This document shows, piece by piece, positions 25,292 to 36,615 of a stretch of 36,615 nucleotides of DNA. Made by a program: the position numbers and the translations under genes. Under the pieces are notes generated by a model. The model searched no databases, was not told the origin of the DNA, and saw only the letters and a list, made by a program, of their open reading frames with translations. Source of the DNA: Ministeria vibrans ATCC 50519 (Eukaryota; Protista; Filasterea); the NCBI GenBank assembly GCA_943704425.1, contig CALSCP010000928.1:1-36615 (forward strand). Direction: 5' to 3'. Position 1 is the first letter of the stretch, and each line of letters begins with the position of its first letter.

Positions 25292-28200
25292 ATGGAGCCC
25301 CCCCTCGAAATACTCGACTGGATCCTCAACGATCACGATCCTCCGGCAGACGTGGGCGTAAGATTAACACAGTGGCTTGCGTCGTCCGCAGCCACAGTGG
25401 CACTTTCACCCACTCGCACCATCCACTGCGCACCGCTCGAGTTTGTGTCGCTCCTCTCCCACCAAGTGCACGCTGCCCTGTCGCGGTGGCTTCCCCCAAC
25501 CCCCGCGTCCGCCGCCCCCACAGAAACGCCACCAGCGACGCCAACGCCATCGCTCAATGTTGACGATCTCGCGGCGTTCCCTCCGCTCCGCTCCAAGACT
25601 GCCAAACCGCCTGCCTCGCCCACACCTTCTTCTGTCCACGACGAGCTCCTTGTTGCGCTTGATCGACAGCGTCCTCTCGCCTTGCTCGCCCAGCTCTACG
25701 CCTTTGTTCTTCTTCACGGTCTCACGCGACAGACTCTCTCTGAGCTCTTCTTCTTCACCTCCGCCCTCATCCGCATGGCCCCTGACGACAACGACGACAC
25801 GGACGCCATCGACAGCGTGGACAGCACAAAGAGGACGCTCGACGCGCTTCTGACGTCCTTCTGCCATCGTCGTTTCTTTCTCAACCATCTCATTGCCCTG
25901 TGCCATCCTCTCTTTGCCGCCCTCGGAGACTCCGCCTGCGAATCGCTTGCCCTTTGCGTTCGGCTCGACACCTCCACTCAAAGGTCCTTCTCGTCCTCCG
26001 CCGCACGCCTTCGCCAGCGTCGTCTGCACGGCGCCTCACACGCGCATTTGTGGGGCGAACTTCCCGCCGACGTGGGTCTGCCCTTTCGCGAGGACACCGA
26101 CAGTCGCCATCGCTTCTCGACGCGCCAACTTCAACTCTACTACAACAACCGCCAGCGCCAACGCGACGCCTTCTACCAACTGCTACGCGAGTGGTGCAGC
26201 GGCGCAGTGAGCCAACAGCCCACGTCGTCGTCTGCCTCTGCCATGCCCGCGCGCGTCTCCCTCTGGCTCGCCGCACTCGAACCGGCCAACCTCCGCTGGT
26301 TTGCCGCCATGTTTGTGGGTCAACTCCTTCTTACTGCCGACACCAACACCGCCTCCTCCTCCTCCACCACGACTCCCTCTCGCGACCACCCTTCCCTTCT
26401 GCCCAGCACCACCGACAAACTTTCCAAACTCTCCGCTCGTCTCTCGACCCCTCACCAAAAGGACCCAACCACAACCCCTCAAACACGTTCTCTCAAACCT
26501 GCACAGCCCCCTCACAAGACCACAACTAAGCATCCGCAGCACCAATCCTCTTCCTCCTCTCATCGAGATCCCCTCCTCTCCCTTCAACGCACCAACCCTG
26601 ACAAGCTCGAAAAGCTCAACAAACGTTTTCACACTCGCGGCAGTGCCTCTTCTTCTACTTCATCGTCTTCTTTGTTGGGCCACTCGACTTCATCTTCATC
26701 GTCTGCTTCCTCGTCTGCTGCTGCGACACCCTCAGTCTCTCCGCTTGTCAGCGCCTTCCTTGAACATCCGTCGCTCTCAGTGTGTTTTCCCGCGAAAGAA
26801 CGGTTCTATGCGGAATTTCTCTTGTGCGGCAATCACGCTGCACTCAATGCCTTTGTTGATGCTGAACTGGAAGAGACACTTCGCGCATTGGAGCACACTG
26901 AATTTGGTGAACGCACTGGCACACCACTGTCAAGCGCGAGCAATAATGACGCCTCGCCCACCCTGGTCGCATCCACGGCCGTCTCTGTGCCGCGCACCCT
27001 AGCTTCATGTGTCCGACGTGCTCGTGTTGCTGCTGCACTCTTGGCTCTCCTGCGCTCCTACCCAAACTGGTCTCTTGGAAAAGTGTCGAGTGCCGGTGAC
27101 ACCACTGCACGTCCCACTGCCGCTCTTCTTCCCTCGCACCATCTCGTCGCAAGTCTTGCCTTTGACGACGATAACAGTCCCAATAATACTCCGTCACACG
27201 TGCTCGTTGCCACACTTGGTGCCTGCTCCTACCTCAGTGTCTTCGCACACGACTCCATCTCACGCCAACTGCCTTTCTTTCAGACCACCCTGACACGTCT
27301 TTCAGCCATCTACATGGCTCCTCCCGCCTGCCTTTCTCCACCCCACCGCCTGCTCCTCACCGCCATCCTCGAAGACACTTTTACCCTACTTCATGTGGTA
27401 CCTGACCCTGGTATGCCCCGTAATTCCTCGGCGGTTGTCTCGCTTGCGCCCCTCGAACAAAATGGCGGGCAAAGTTCGTGGCCGCCCATCCACGACATTC
27501 TCGAGGAATCTTCGCCAGTGGGCGCTAATCTGTGTGCTCTCCTGGCCGACGCACATCTCCATGCACTCGCCGAGCGCAACACTCGCAGCAAATCAGCTGA
27601 CGACGCAGCACCCTCCACCGCACCCCAACAGCAAACCAAACGACGCGTCCCCATCACCAGCACCACAATTGTACCGCTTGCCGCCGCAACTACCATCGAA
27701 TCATCCACTCCAACCACTCCAACCACCACCACTACCACCACTACCACCACCGCTACTACTACTACCAAACGTCAAGCACCCAAACAACTACGCAGTGACG
27801 TCCAGCTCTCCCTCGAATACCAATGGTTTGCACGTGAAAATGCCGATCTCAAGCAAGTCGTTGATCTGGCGTGTCGTCACGCCTCTCGTGCCGCCGCTGT
27901 TCATGCCGTTGAACGCTGTCTTGCCATGGCCGCCAGTGACTCTGTCAAGAGGTGCGCGCTCAACGATGAACGAATCTTGTCAAGCTCATCAAACAACTTT
28001 TTTTAGAGTGTATTTGCAGACGTTGGCGACGGAAGACAACGACTCCAGCAATGGCAACACAACGACACCCGGGTGGCATGTGAGTGATGAAGCCATGGAG
28101 CGTGCGCGCGAGGCTGCGACACACATGGCAGTGCAGCGAGCAATGGATAATGCGGGTGACGACTGTGAGAAGCGAGCGTGTGACGCAGTGCGTTCGCTTG

Positions 28201-29447
28201 CGCCGCCCAACACGGGCGAACAGACACTCAATGCTGCACTTGTCATGACGCGAAAGTTTGCGGCAGATTTGTGTGCCGAAGAGATTCGACGGTTGTGCGA
28301 AAAGGATATGCCACGCGAGTTTACGGCGGAGCTCGAGCGACGACGACGCAGTGTTGCCAATGAGGCGGCAGCTCACGCGAAGACACGCGCGTCCGCGTCA
28401 GGCATCACCGCCACTACTACTTCCACTACTGCTAGCACTAGAACAGTGCCTGAGAGTGACTCAGATGTGCAAATGGCGGCGCGTCGACGTGCAGATTCGC
28501 TGTCGCGTATGGCAAGCGTGTCGCAAAGTGCGGGAGCGACTGTCGAGCAACTGTTGGATATGTGTTCACACGCGTTTACAGAGCGACACGAGGCGGGCGA
28601 AAGTCTTGAGCGGGTGCTGGTGACCGTTGGGAAGATGCTGAGCACTGCACTGCACACAGTACCTGTGCATCTGTTTGGACACAAGTCGGGGAGTGAGGCG
28701 AGTGTGCGCTGCACGGTCATGCGCAAGTGTGTCCATTTGCTGCTTGTCATTGCGCTGTTGGAGACTAAAGCAGTGGAAAAGGAAGAGAGTGAGACAGTCA
28801 CAAGTGCAGTGTTTGTCAGTGATGATGAGGAAGAGGATGAAACAGATGCGCGCGACTCTGTGCCCCGTCTCCGGAGCAGTGTGGCGGTGGGAGCATCGCA
28901 GGCAGTGAACATTGCTCAGTTGGAGCGGATGGTGTTTGCACTGCTCGAGCGGGAGCGAGTGGCGATGGAGGCTCTTGCGACGACGACGGGTGCGTCGCAG
29001 GGGCGTGTGACGGCTGTGAGTGTGATTGGGGCAAACATGTTGGGCAAGGAGCTGGTGGAGGTGCACGCGGATGTGTTGTATGCAGGGATGAAGGCACTGG
29101 GACTTGTGTGGGGTGTGCGGGAGCGACGTGAGGGAGCACGCGAGGCACTGGCACGACTGGTGCGTGTACTGCTGCAGCTGGTGCGTATAGGTTGTGCGGC
29201 TGTAGACGAACTGGAACGTACTTGGCTGCAGGTGTTGCAACTGGCGCATGGAAGTGGCGAGCGACCCACAGTGGACGTGACTAGCACGACAGCGGCACAT
29301 CTGGTGCTCGAGTACCATCGGACAATGCGCGACACTCGTCCCTACCACCCGGTCCAGTTGGCAACGGTGCTTTCCGCGGCCGTCCATGCATCTCCACGGG
29401 CCCGTCGTGCCGCACGCGCAGGCACAGCCCGTCTTATTGTCACATAA
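25292..29447 (+). CDS. CDAN1: Codanin-1 homologue (exons 25292-27951, 28007-29447)
   Basis: Colinear with recalled human CDAN1 blocks: LAQLYAFVL..ELFFF, PFREDTDSRHRFS..QRDAFYQLLREW, FAAMFVGQLL, DKLSKLSARL, FPAKERFYAEFLL, QLSLEYQWF..LKQVVD. Intron 27952-28006 joins the two long ORFs in frame. Confidence 0.85.
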
Positions 29448-29550
29448 ATAAAATAGTTTTGTATTTTTAACGGGCGTCAACAGTGTCTGTGTCTTCTCTT
29501 GGGAAGTGTCGTGTCCTCGGCTTTCTTCGATTCGTCGGTTCTTCGTTCTT

Positions 29551-30298
29551 TCAGAGCAGTTGCTTTTCAGCAATACTATCCAGTCGGTCCGATGCTCGCT
29601 TGATGGCCCTACAATATATCCAAAAGTGCGTGTTATCGGTTGCCAGAGCGTCTCCTCCGTCTGCGTACGTCGGTGGCACTTTGCACAGCAGTGCAGCTCC
29701 AAACACAATGGCATCGTCGCGTCTTGAGCTTTTCACGGCGTAAGGACGAATACGGCGGCGTCGTCGGGGATGGGCGTGTTCGCGCAGCAGCAGGGTCGCG
29801 CGGACGAGCTGTGCGGCGCGTCGTTGGGCGCGCGAGACAATGCGCGCACGCAATCGCCCGTCCACCCCTTCCGCGAACCCGTTCTGCGCCGCGAATCGGT
29901 CGATAATCGCCCCAATGTGCACGTTCATCTGTGGCTCCGGCGCAGGCGGTGCTGTCTCGTACACCGGCTGTGCAAAAAGAGATCGAGTAGAGGTTCATTA
30001 GTGACCGAGTGTGTGTCCTTTTGTGTTTCAACCTCGAATTTCACGGCGGGACGAGGTGCGTCGACGCTCTGGTACGCTGCATCAGCCGACGGTACGTACA
30101 GATCATCGGGAGCACTGCGCTCAAAGAGGATCAGACGAGGAGAAGAGAAGGAAAAACATACTCGGGCGAAAATTTCAGATCGGAACTCATGTTGGAATCG
30201 GGCCAGGCTCGCGACGAGAAGGTTGTCTCGTCCACACGATGAGCCCATCTCAAAGCAATGATTGTTTGCCGGGCGTCGCGCAACGTAAAGTCATCCAT
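29551..30298 (-). CDS. Uncharacterised ~220-aa protein with a putative TAF4/ADA1-type histone-fold segment
   Basis: Three exons joined in frame by GT-AG introns (MDDFTLRDARQ..FSP|DAPDDLY..THS|PVYETAPP..EKQLL*). The segment IGAIIDRFAAQNGFAEGVDGRLRARIVSRAQRRAAQLVRATLLL has a helix-loop-long helix pattern. Confidence 0.6.
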
Positions 30299-30413
30299 AC
30301 TAAAAGTAATGCTAAAGAGTAAAATATAAATAAGAAAGTGAAATTTTACTTTCTTGGATCATTTTGTTTTGTTAGATTGAGTTGACTGACTCTGACACTC
30401 TTGGGTTGGCGCA

Positions 30414-31879
30414 ATGCGCTTGCTTCAATTTGACAATGTGATCGTGGACGAGTTCACCGCGTCGATTGTGTCGCCCACGAGTCTCCTTCTGCTGTCGCAC
30501 GCCCACACGGACCATCTCGCGGGTCTGGAGGGCCACTCGCTCGTCCCCATCCACATGTCTACTACCACCGCTGCCCTGGTGCTTGCGATACCGCGCTTTG
30601 CCCATCTTGAGCCGCTCATTCGCGCTCACGAACTCGCCTCGTCCTTTTCCGTTGCCGACACCACTGTGACGCTCGTCGACGCGCGCCACTGCCCCGGCTC
30701 CGCCATGTTCCTCATCGAGAACAGCTCGACGGCCGTGCTGTACACCGGTGACTTTCGCTACGACCAAGAGGTGCCAATGCGAGCACAGGTTAGAGGGGAG
30801 CACTGCCCGTCGCATCGCCACACTCACCGTTTCTCCGCTGCTCCCTGTCATTTAGATTCCTCGCGAACTCCTCGACTCTGCAGGCAGTGCCATTCGTAAA
30901 ATAGACCACGTCTACTTGGACTGCACGCTTGCCGACCACCCCACCATTCGCAAGATCCCCTCACGCGCCACTGTGACCAAGGCACTCGCCGACCTCATCC
31001 AGTCGCATCTCGACCGTGATCCCACTGCAATGGTGCACCTTGACTGCTGCATGATTGGCTATGAGTCGCTGCTAGAATGCGTCACGAGCCAGGTGGGCTT
31101 GCGCACCCACGTCTCGAGTGCCCAGTACGAACGGTACAGCCGACTTCCGTCGCTGCGTGACACCCTCTTCACGCTCGACGCCTCGTCCACACGTCTCCAC
31201 TCTTGTCCTCTTCCTGGCTCCTCCTGGCAACATCACACTCAGAACCTTCTTTGCCATCGCCATACCCCACCCAAACTTCCTTGCTGTCAGTCAGTCACCT
31301 ACGACTCCCATCCCCCTCCACTCCTCTTTATCAAACCTTCCGTTCTCTACTTTTTTCTCATTCGTGGCTCACTGCCCACACAGCTTGTTCACTCGTCTCC
31401 AGCCGGTGAAATTGTAAGTGGCAAAAAGAAAAAAAAATTAAAACGTATTGATGGTGCACTGAACCTGTTCTTTGATATCTTGTCGTTAGCGAATGCCCTT
31501 TTCAATGCATTCGAGCGACTCTGAAATTGTGTCGTTTTTCCAATGTCTTGCCTCGCGCAATCCCAAACTCACCTTCACACAGTGCTGGTCCACTCTCAAG
31601 TCAACCGACTACACGCAAGGCAAAAAAATGGCCGTGAGTCAATCGCTCGAATCGCGTCTCAATGCACTGCGTCAACCGGAAGATGGGCGCTCGGAAGAGA
31701 GGGTTCCTCTGACGTTGTGTACGCCCGATAAGTTTGCACCGCTGCCCTCACGATCGCCTCCAAAGCGTCGTGCAGATGTGTGGAGCACTGACGAAGAAGA
31801 AGAGGGAGAAGAGGAGGACGAGGTCGTGGGGGCGGTTGGGAGGAGGCGGTCAGTGGCACGCAAGCGATCCAAGCGTTAA
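30414..31879 (+). CDS. DCLRE1C: Artemis-like metallo-beta-lactamase/beta-CASP nuclease (exons 30414-30770, 30856-31413, 31490-31879)
   Basis: SHAHTDHLAGL, HCPGSAMF, LYTGDFR, VYLDCT..KIPSR, GYESL, Artemis-type LHSC..KLPC, IKPS, FSMHSSDSEI. Confidence 0.85.
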
Positions 31880-32002
31880 ATGTGTGCGATCTTGACAAGG
31901 AGCAAACAGCTTCAATTCACATCTCTCTCATATGATTATGTATAATGAACAACAAGAGTATAGCTATAATTGTGTAATTCAGTTTTGTTTACAGGTTGGG
32001 TC

Positions 32003-35000
32003 TCAGAAGAGCTCTGAGCTTTGTCGGATAAGCACGACGTACTGAGCGACGGGTTTGTCTGCGACGATGATGGACTTTTTCAGCTTCCGTTTGCGATAGA
32101 GCGATCGGCTAAACTGCACCGTGGTGTATACTTCTTCGCCCGAGGCAACACGGTCGTCGCTGAAGACAAAAGGTGCAGCGGAGACGGTCACGGTAGAGTT
32201 GCCGCGTGCGGGAAATCGAAAAGAGCACGACTGAATGCAGGCGTCGCCGGGCGGAGCGGGGCTCACCTGAACTCGTATTTGATAATGGCCAGTGGAACTG
32301 TCCGTTTTGGGCAGGCGCAGAGTCGACATGGTGACAGTGACGGGCACTTCAAGACCAGCAGAAGCGACGGCACTCGTGGGGGCAGTAGAGGTACAAGCAG
32401 AGGAGGAGGCGGACAATGAAAGAGATGACAAGGAGAGTGAAGTGTCGCGTGTGAGTGGACCAGCAGATGACTCCGTGGACGCGTCAAAGGCATTTTGGAT
32501 AGCATTGGGTGACGCTAAGCCAGCGAGAGCGGGACTCTTGGGCCCTTTGGTGCCGGGAGAAGTGGGTGGTAATGCAAAGGCAATGGGCTCAATATTGGGT
32601 CGTTTCAGCGGAGGGAAGTGCTGGTAGGAACGCTCCTTCTCAATGTAGTACATGATCTTTTCACGATGACCCAACGACGCCACGCCAATTTCGGCCAAAC
32701 GGTCCTTGGTCATAAACAAAAGCTAAAGAAGAGGGGGGGGGGGCACATTAGAGATTGGTGGTGAGAAATATGATGTGCATGACGTACGAGAGCACCGTCG
32801 ACATTGTGTTCGACAAAGTTTGAGGCGTATTTGCGGATTTCCGAGCTTGGCAATTCGCTGAGCCAGTCGGCAACTTCGGGTTCGGTCCAGTGCGCAATCA
32901 TTAGAGGGCGAGACGGGAGACGAGTGAATGGGGAGTTGAGGGTGGAGGAGGAGGAGGAGAGGGCTGAGCGTGCTGTTGGACGGGTTGGAGTGGACATGGG
33001 TGAGGGGAGGGGAGAGGGTGGAGTGGCTGGGGTCTGAGTGGTTCGGCGGACGGGAGACTGAGAGGACGAAGCGACGCTGTTGAGCGCACTGCTGGTATTG
33101 GTAGTGGATGAGGAGGTGGAGAGCGAGCGAGTGGAGACGGACATGAGTGCACTGTTGGGGAGTGCAGTGGGAGTAGGACGAACATTTGTTGTTGTGATGG
33201 TAGAATGTGAGGGAGATGACATGCGATAGGCACTGCTTGCTGCTGTGCTCGTCGCATTGGCAGCAATGAGCGCCTCCCGCTCGGCGAGTGCCCGTTCGCG
33301 CTCCTCGAGACGACGCTCACGCTCAAGCAGATCATACTGAAACAGTTTGAGGCGATCGACACTCATGAGAATCTCGTTCTTCCACTCGTCACTGCTCGCC
33401 ATAAAATTCTTGACGGCAGCCGCAACCGAATCGTCCAGGGAGAGCGTACGAAAGCGATTGAGAATCTCCTTAAACGACGGTCGCTTGTCCGGCTCGCTTT
33501 GCCAACAGTCGCGCAATAGTGCAACCATAGCGGCAGGACATGTGGCGGGAATGTGCGGCCTTTCGTTCTACAAATGTTGTTTTTGTGGGAGTGAGCAAGT
33601 GATGTGATCGTTAGTAAAAAGAGAAGAAAGAAGAGCAAAATGTGAAATGATATAATTATATCAAAATGAATAATAATGATTATACCTTGAAAAGTACCGC
33701 ATAACTTATACCCATTGAGTTCATATCTCCGTAGGGTATTTGGCGGTGCAGTAGTTCCCACAGCACAAGAGCGTAACTGTACACGTCTGATTTCAGACTC
33801 ACTTGTTCACCTTTGAGAATCTACATTACAAAATAATGAGTCAAGAGAGAGAGAGAGGGGGGGGGAGAAACAAAGTGATAGAGATAGAGATAGAGAGAGA
33901 GAGAGAAACAAAGTGAGAGGAACAAAGTGAGAGAAAACAAAGTGAGAGAGAGAGAGAAACAAAGTGAGAGAAACAAAGTGAGAGAAAACAAAGTGAGAGA
34001 AAACAAAGTGAGAGAGAGAGAGAGAAACAAAGTGAGAGAAACAAAGTGAGAGAAAACAAAGTGAGAGAGAGAGAGAGAAAACGTGTGTACCTCTGGCGCA
34101 ATCCAGGCAATTGTTCCAACAAAGGTCATAATGGTTTCCTTTTCAAACTCGCGAGCAGTTCCGACTACAATATTATTGTTACGTTTTCTCTCGCTTGGAC
34201 ACACACACACACTCTCTCTCAGTATTACAATCGCAGAGCTTGACAACTGTTGCATTGTGCGTGACGAGAACGTTGAGAGACTTGAGGTCGCGGTGGATGA
34301 CGGGTGCCATAGGGCATTCGACGTGCAAGTAGCGCATTCCCTCGGCAATCTGTTCGGCCCACAGACACATTCGCGCAAAGTCGAGTGAGCGCGATGCGTC
34401 GTGCAGGAAGGAGAAGAGGGAAGTCTCCGCGAGCTCAAGCACAAGCCAGTTCTGTTCAATGTTGGCCCCGTAAAACCCAATGATGTGCTCTACAAAAAAA
34501 GTTTTTTGATTAGTGTGATTGGGAAAGAGGGAAACGCTTCGTACTATGACGCAACTGCGCAAGAACTGTCGCTTCTGCGGTCACATCGCTTGAAATGAGC
34601 TTCTTGACGGCCACCGGCTTGCCAAGGTAGGTGGCAACGTGTACCGTGCCAAACATGCCGGCCCTAGAGAGCGCAAAAGAGCGCATCAAGACAGAGCGAG
34701 TGAGCGACACAGTCAGAGTGTCACACTGAGTGTGGCAATGCCAAAAATATTGCATAGAAATATATCGAGAGGAGAGGGCGACGGCCCTGTCGAGCATATG
34801 CAACAGTGCATTGGGTTGCGTGCGGGTGTCTGAGTGGGGGTTGGTTGGTATGGAGAGGGATACAATAGAGAGAGAGGAAGAAAGAAACGTAAATTTTTGC
34901 TGTTTCAGAGACACAATTCAATGGCGCAGGGAGAAACAAGGGGTAGGAGGGAGATGCAAATGCACATCAAGGGTATCTATCAAACGTAGAGGCAATGAGA

Positions 35001-35197
35001 GGAACTGGGAGGACGAGGAGAGAAGCAGAAAAGGTTTCCAGCAATAGTAATTGATGAGTGAGTGAGTTATCTGTCATTGTACAACGCGAACGGCTGCACA
35101 GAGCCCCGAGTCGCCGGGGCTGGGATCACCCGGCTTACCCGATCTTCGATGTGATTTGGACTTCATCTTCCGTGATGCGCGGCACTTCAAAGATCAT
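32003..35197 (-). CDS. MAP3K20: ZAK/MAP3K20-like TKL kinase: kinase, leucine zipper, SAM, HFPPL, YEATS-like beta domain
   Basis: IGAGMFGTV, VAVK, YLHVEC..VIHRDLKSLN, KLCDFG, VGTIAWIAPE, NERPHIP..CWQSEPDKRPSF, zipper FMASSDEWKNEI..LEERERAL, SAM WTEPEVADWL..YASNF..VDG, HFPPL, beta-rich C-terminal domain. ATG at 35197, seven exons. Confidence 0.85.
33845..34079. repeat. Intronic minisatellite of GAGA(A)AACAAAGT units mixed with GA repeats
   Basis: More than ten AACAAAGTGA cores at short irregular spacing inside a kinase intron. Confidence 0.92.
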
Positions 35198-35597
35198 CGT
35201 GACAGATCAGACGATCAAGTCAGACAGAAGAAAAAAAAAAAACAAGTGAAGGCGGTCGGGAAGGCCCTGGCGCACCAAACGCTCAAGATGGGGCAGTTGA
35301 CGCAGGTGCGTCGATAACAAAAAAATTAAAGATGAACGAATAAGAATAAAAGATTATTAATTGACATTATTTTGTATTACAGCGAATCACGTCAAAGACT
35401 CATTTGTTCACCCACCGCCACCGAGCCTTCTTCCTCTCTCAAATATCTAATAATCAAATCATTCAGATTGGAGACAAAGAAATGATGAATGAATTGAGAA
35501 TACATCAGACCACAATACACACAACAGTACACAACANNNNNNAATACACAAAATAATATAATACTAAACATATAATAATGCATATTTTACCGAGTCA

Positions 35598-36293
35598 TCA
35601 GAGTACACCGCAATCGGCAATGACAACTGAGACGGACGGCGTCTCGTCGCTTTTAGACTCGCGCGCAGTGGCCTCGATGGCAGCCAGCGTGTCGTCTGAG
35701 TCCTCCACGATGCGACCAAACACAACGTGCTTGCCATCGAGCATCTTGCACGGGGCAAACGTGAAGAAGAACTGGCTCGTGTTGCTGTTCTTGCCGCCGT
35801 TCCCCATGCTCAGCAGACCCGCCTTGTCGTGCTTCAGCCGCAATCCTCCTTTGTCGTCCTTGAACTTCTTCCCCCAAATGCTTTCGCCGCCCGACCCATT
35901 CCCGAACACAATATCGCCGCCCTGGCACACAAACCCTTTCACAACGCGGTGAAACTGGCTCCCGTGGTACCGCAGCTGCACTCCGCTGCTTCCTGACTTG
36001 CCCGCTCCTTTGCAAAGTTTGACGAAATTCTCGACAGCCAACGGCGAATCCTCCTCAAACAGCTCGACAACAATGCGCCGTCTCGGAGGGCGCGTCACAA
36101 GGATCGCGCCCTTGTCGGCCCACTCAAAGTCGCTCTCGTACAGCTCGGGCAGTCGCGCTCGTTCGCTACCGCCCAACTTGTCCAATACTTTCGACGTGAA
36201 CCCATAACGCAGATCAGTCGCTTCGACAAACGCCTCGCACCGCGCAAATGCTGCCCGCTCGTCGTTGATGTCGATTTCCAAGTAGGCGCGCAT
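35598..36293 (-). CDS. Cyclophilin-type peptidyl-prolyl isomerase with an N-terminal insertion, intronless
   Basis: RIVVELF..PLAVENFVKLC, YHGSQFHRVVKGFVCQGGD, GSGGESIWGKKFKD, LLSMGN.GKNSNTSQFF, LDGKHVVFGRI, VVIADCG. ATG at 36293. Confidence 0.95.
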   Translation of the reverse strand: MRAYLEIDINDERAAFARCEAFVEATDLRYGFTSKVLDKLGGSERARLPELYESDFEWADKGAILVTRPPRRRIVVELFEEDSPLAVENFVKLCKGAGKSGSSGVQLRYHGSQFHRVVKGFVCQGGDIVFGNGSGGESIWGKKFKDDKGGLRLKHDKAGLLSMGNGGKNSNTSQFFFTFAPCKMLDGKHVVFGRIVEDSDDTLAAIEATARESKSDETPSVSVVIADCGVL

Positions 36294-36512
36294 GATGAAA
36301 AAGAGTGTCAACACTCAACAGCCAGTGAGTCAACTCAACTCCCGAGTGAGTCTCGACTTTCATTTGTTTTTTGACTGATCACTGTGTCAAAGTCGGACGT
36401 AACGTTAAACGTTTCAACAAAATCACAAATATTACAAATATTGACTTGATTGTTTCGTTCTTGCCTTGTCGCATTTACATACAATACTCAACGAACTCTA
36501 TTGCTGTTTGCG

Positions 36513-36615
36513 ATGTCAACATCCAAGAACAACGCAGTTCGGCGCGAGAAATACGCTCTCGTCGTGGGACGAACAATTTACAACGCAACGCACGACGCAC
36601 TGGACACGCTCAGAG
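36513..36615 (+). CDS. Possible first exon of a gene running off the window
   Basis: ATG at 36513 is open to the edge (MSTSKNNAVRREKYALVVGRTIYNATHDALDTLR), divergent from the cyclophilin, with a GC rise after the AT-rich spacer. Confidence 0.35.
   Translation, partial: MSTSKNNAVRREKYALVVGRTIYNATHDALDTLR

Noticed and set aside
27393-28006. Overlap of the 958-aa and 684-aa ORFs as a programmed frameshift
   Set aside because: A 55-nt GT-AG intron (27952-28006) joins them in frame.
33845-34079. CRISPR-like repeat array
   Set aside because: Eukaryotic intron with short units and no unique spacers; a minisatellite.

Overview
Gene-dense, intron-rich eukaryotic nuclear DNA. Introns are mostly 50-150 nt GT-AG, with CA/CT/AAT microsatellites, polyQ-rich proteins, short head-to-head promoters, intronic TTAGGG tracts and three small assembly gaps. 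The gene set (DOK/FRS2-type PTB adaptor with a tyrosine-motif tail, p47phox/Tks-type PX protein, RICH/SH3BP1 BAR-RhoGAP, ZAK-like kinase) suggests a unicellular holozoan (inference). Genes in order: MCM7 3' part (+), Scj1/ERdj3-type ER DnaJ (-), PX-SH3 protein (-), an unresolved or decayed gene across a gap (-), a truncated polyQ Cid1/TUT-family nucleotidyltransferase (+), FAM91A1 (-), BAR-RhoGAP (+), maspardin/SPG21 (-), C1-PTB adaptor (-), secreted EPDR/LolA-fold-like protein (+), histone H1 (+), sterol desaturase-family protein (-), codanin-1 (+), small putative histone-fold protein (-), Artemis/DCLRE1C (+), ZAK/MAP3K20-like kinase (-), cyclophilin (-), and a possible gene start at the right edge. 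Most notable are an apparent ZAKalpha orthologue (kinase-zipper-SAM-HFPPL-YEATS-like), a 1.15-kb hairpin-packed intron in histone H1, and a C1-PTB adaptor architecture. Exon models and family assignments were made by eye and from recalled reference sequences; no searches or folding programs were run.
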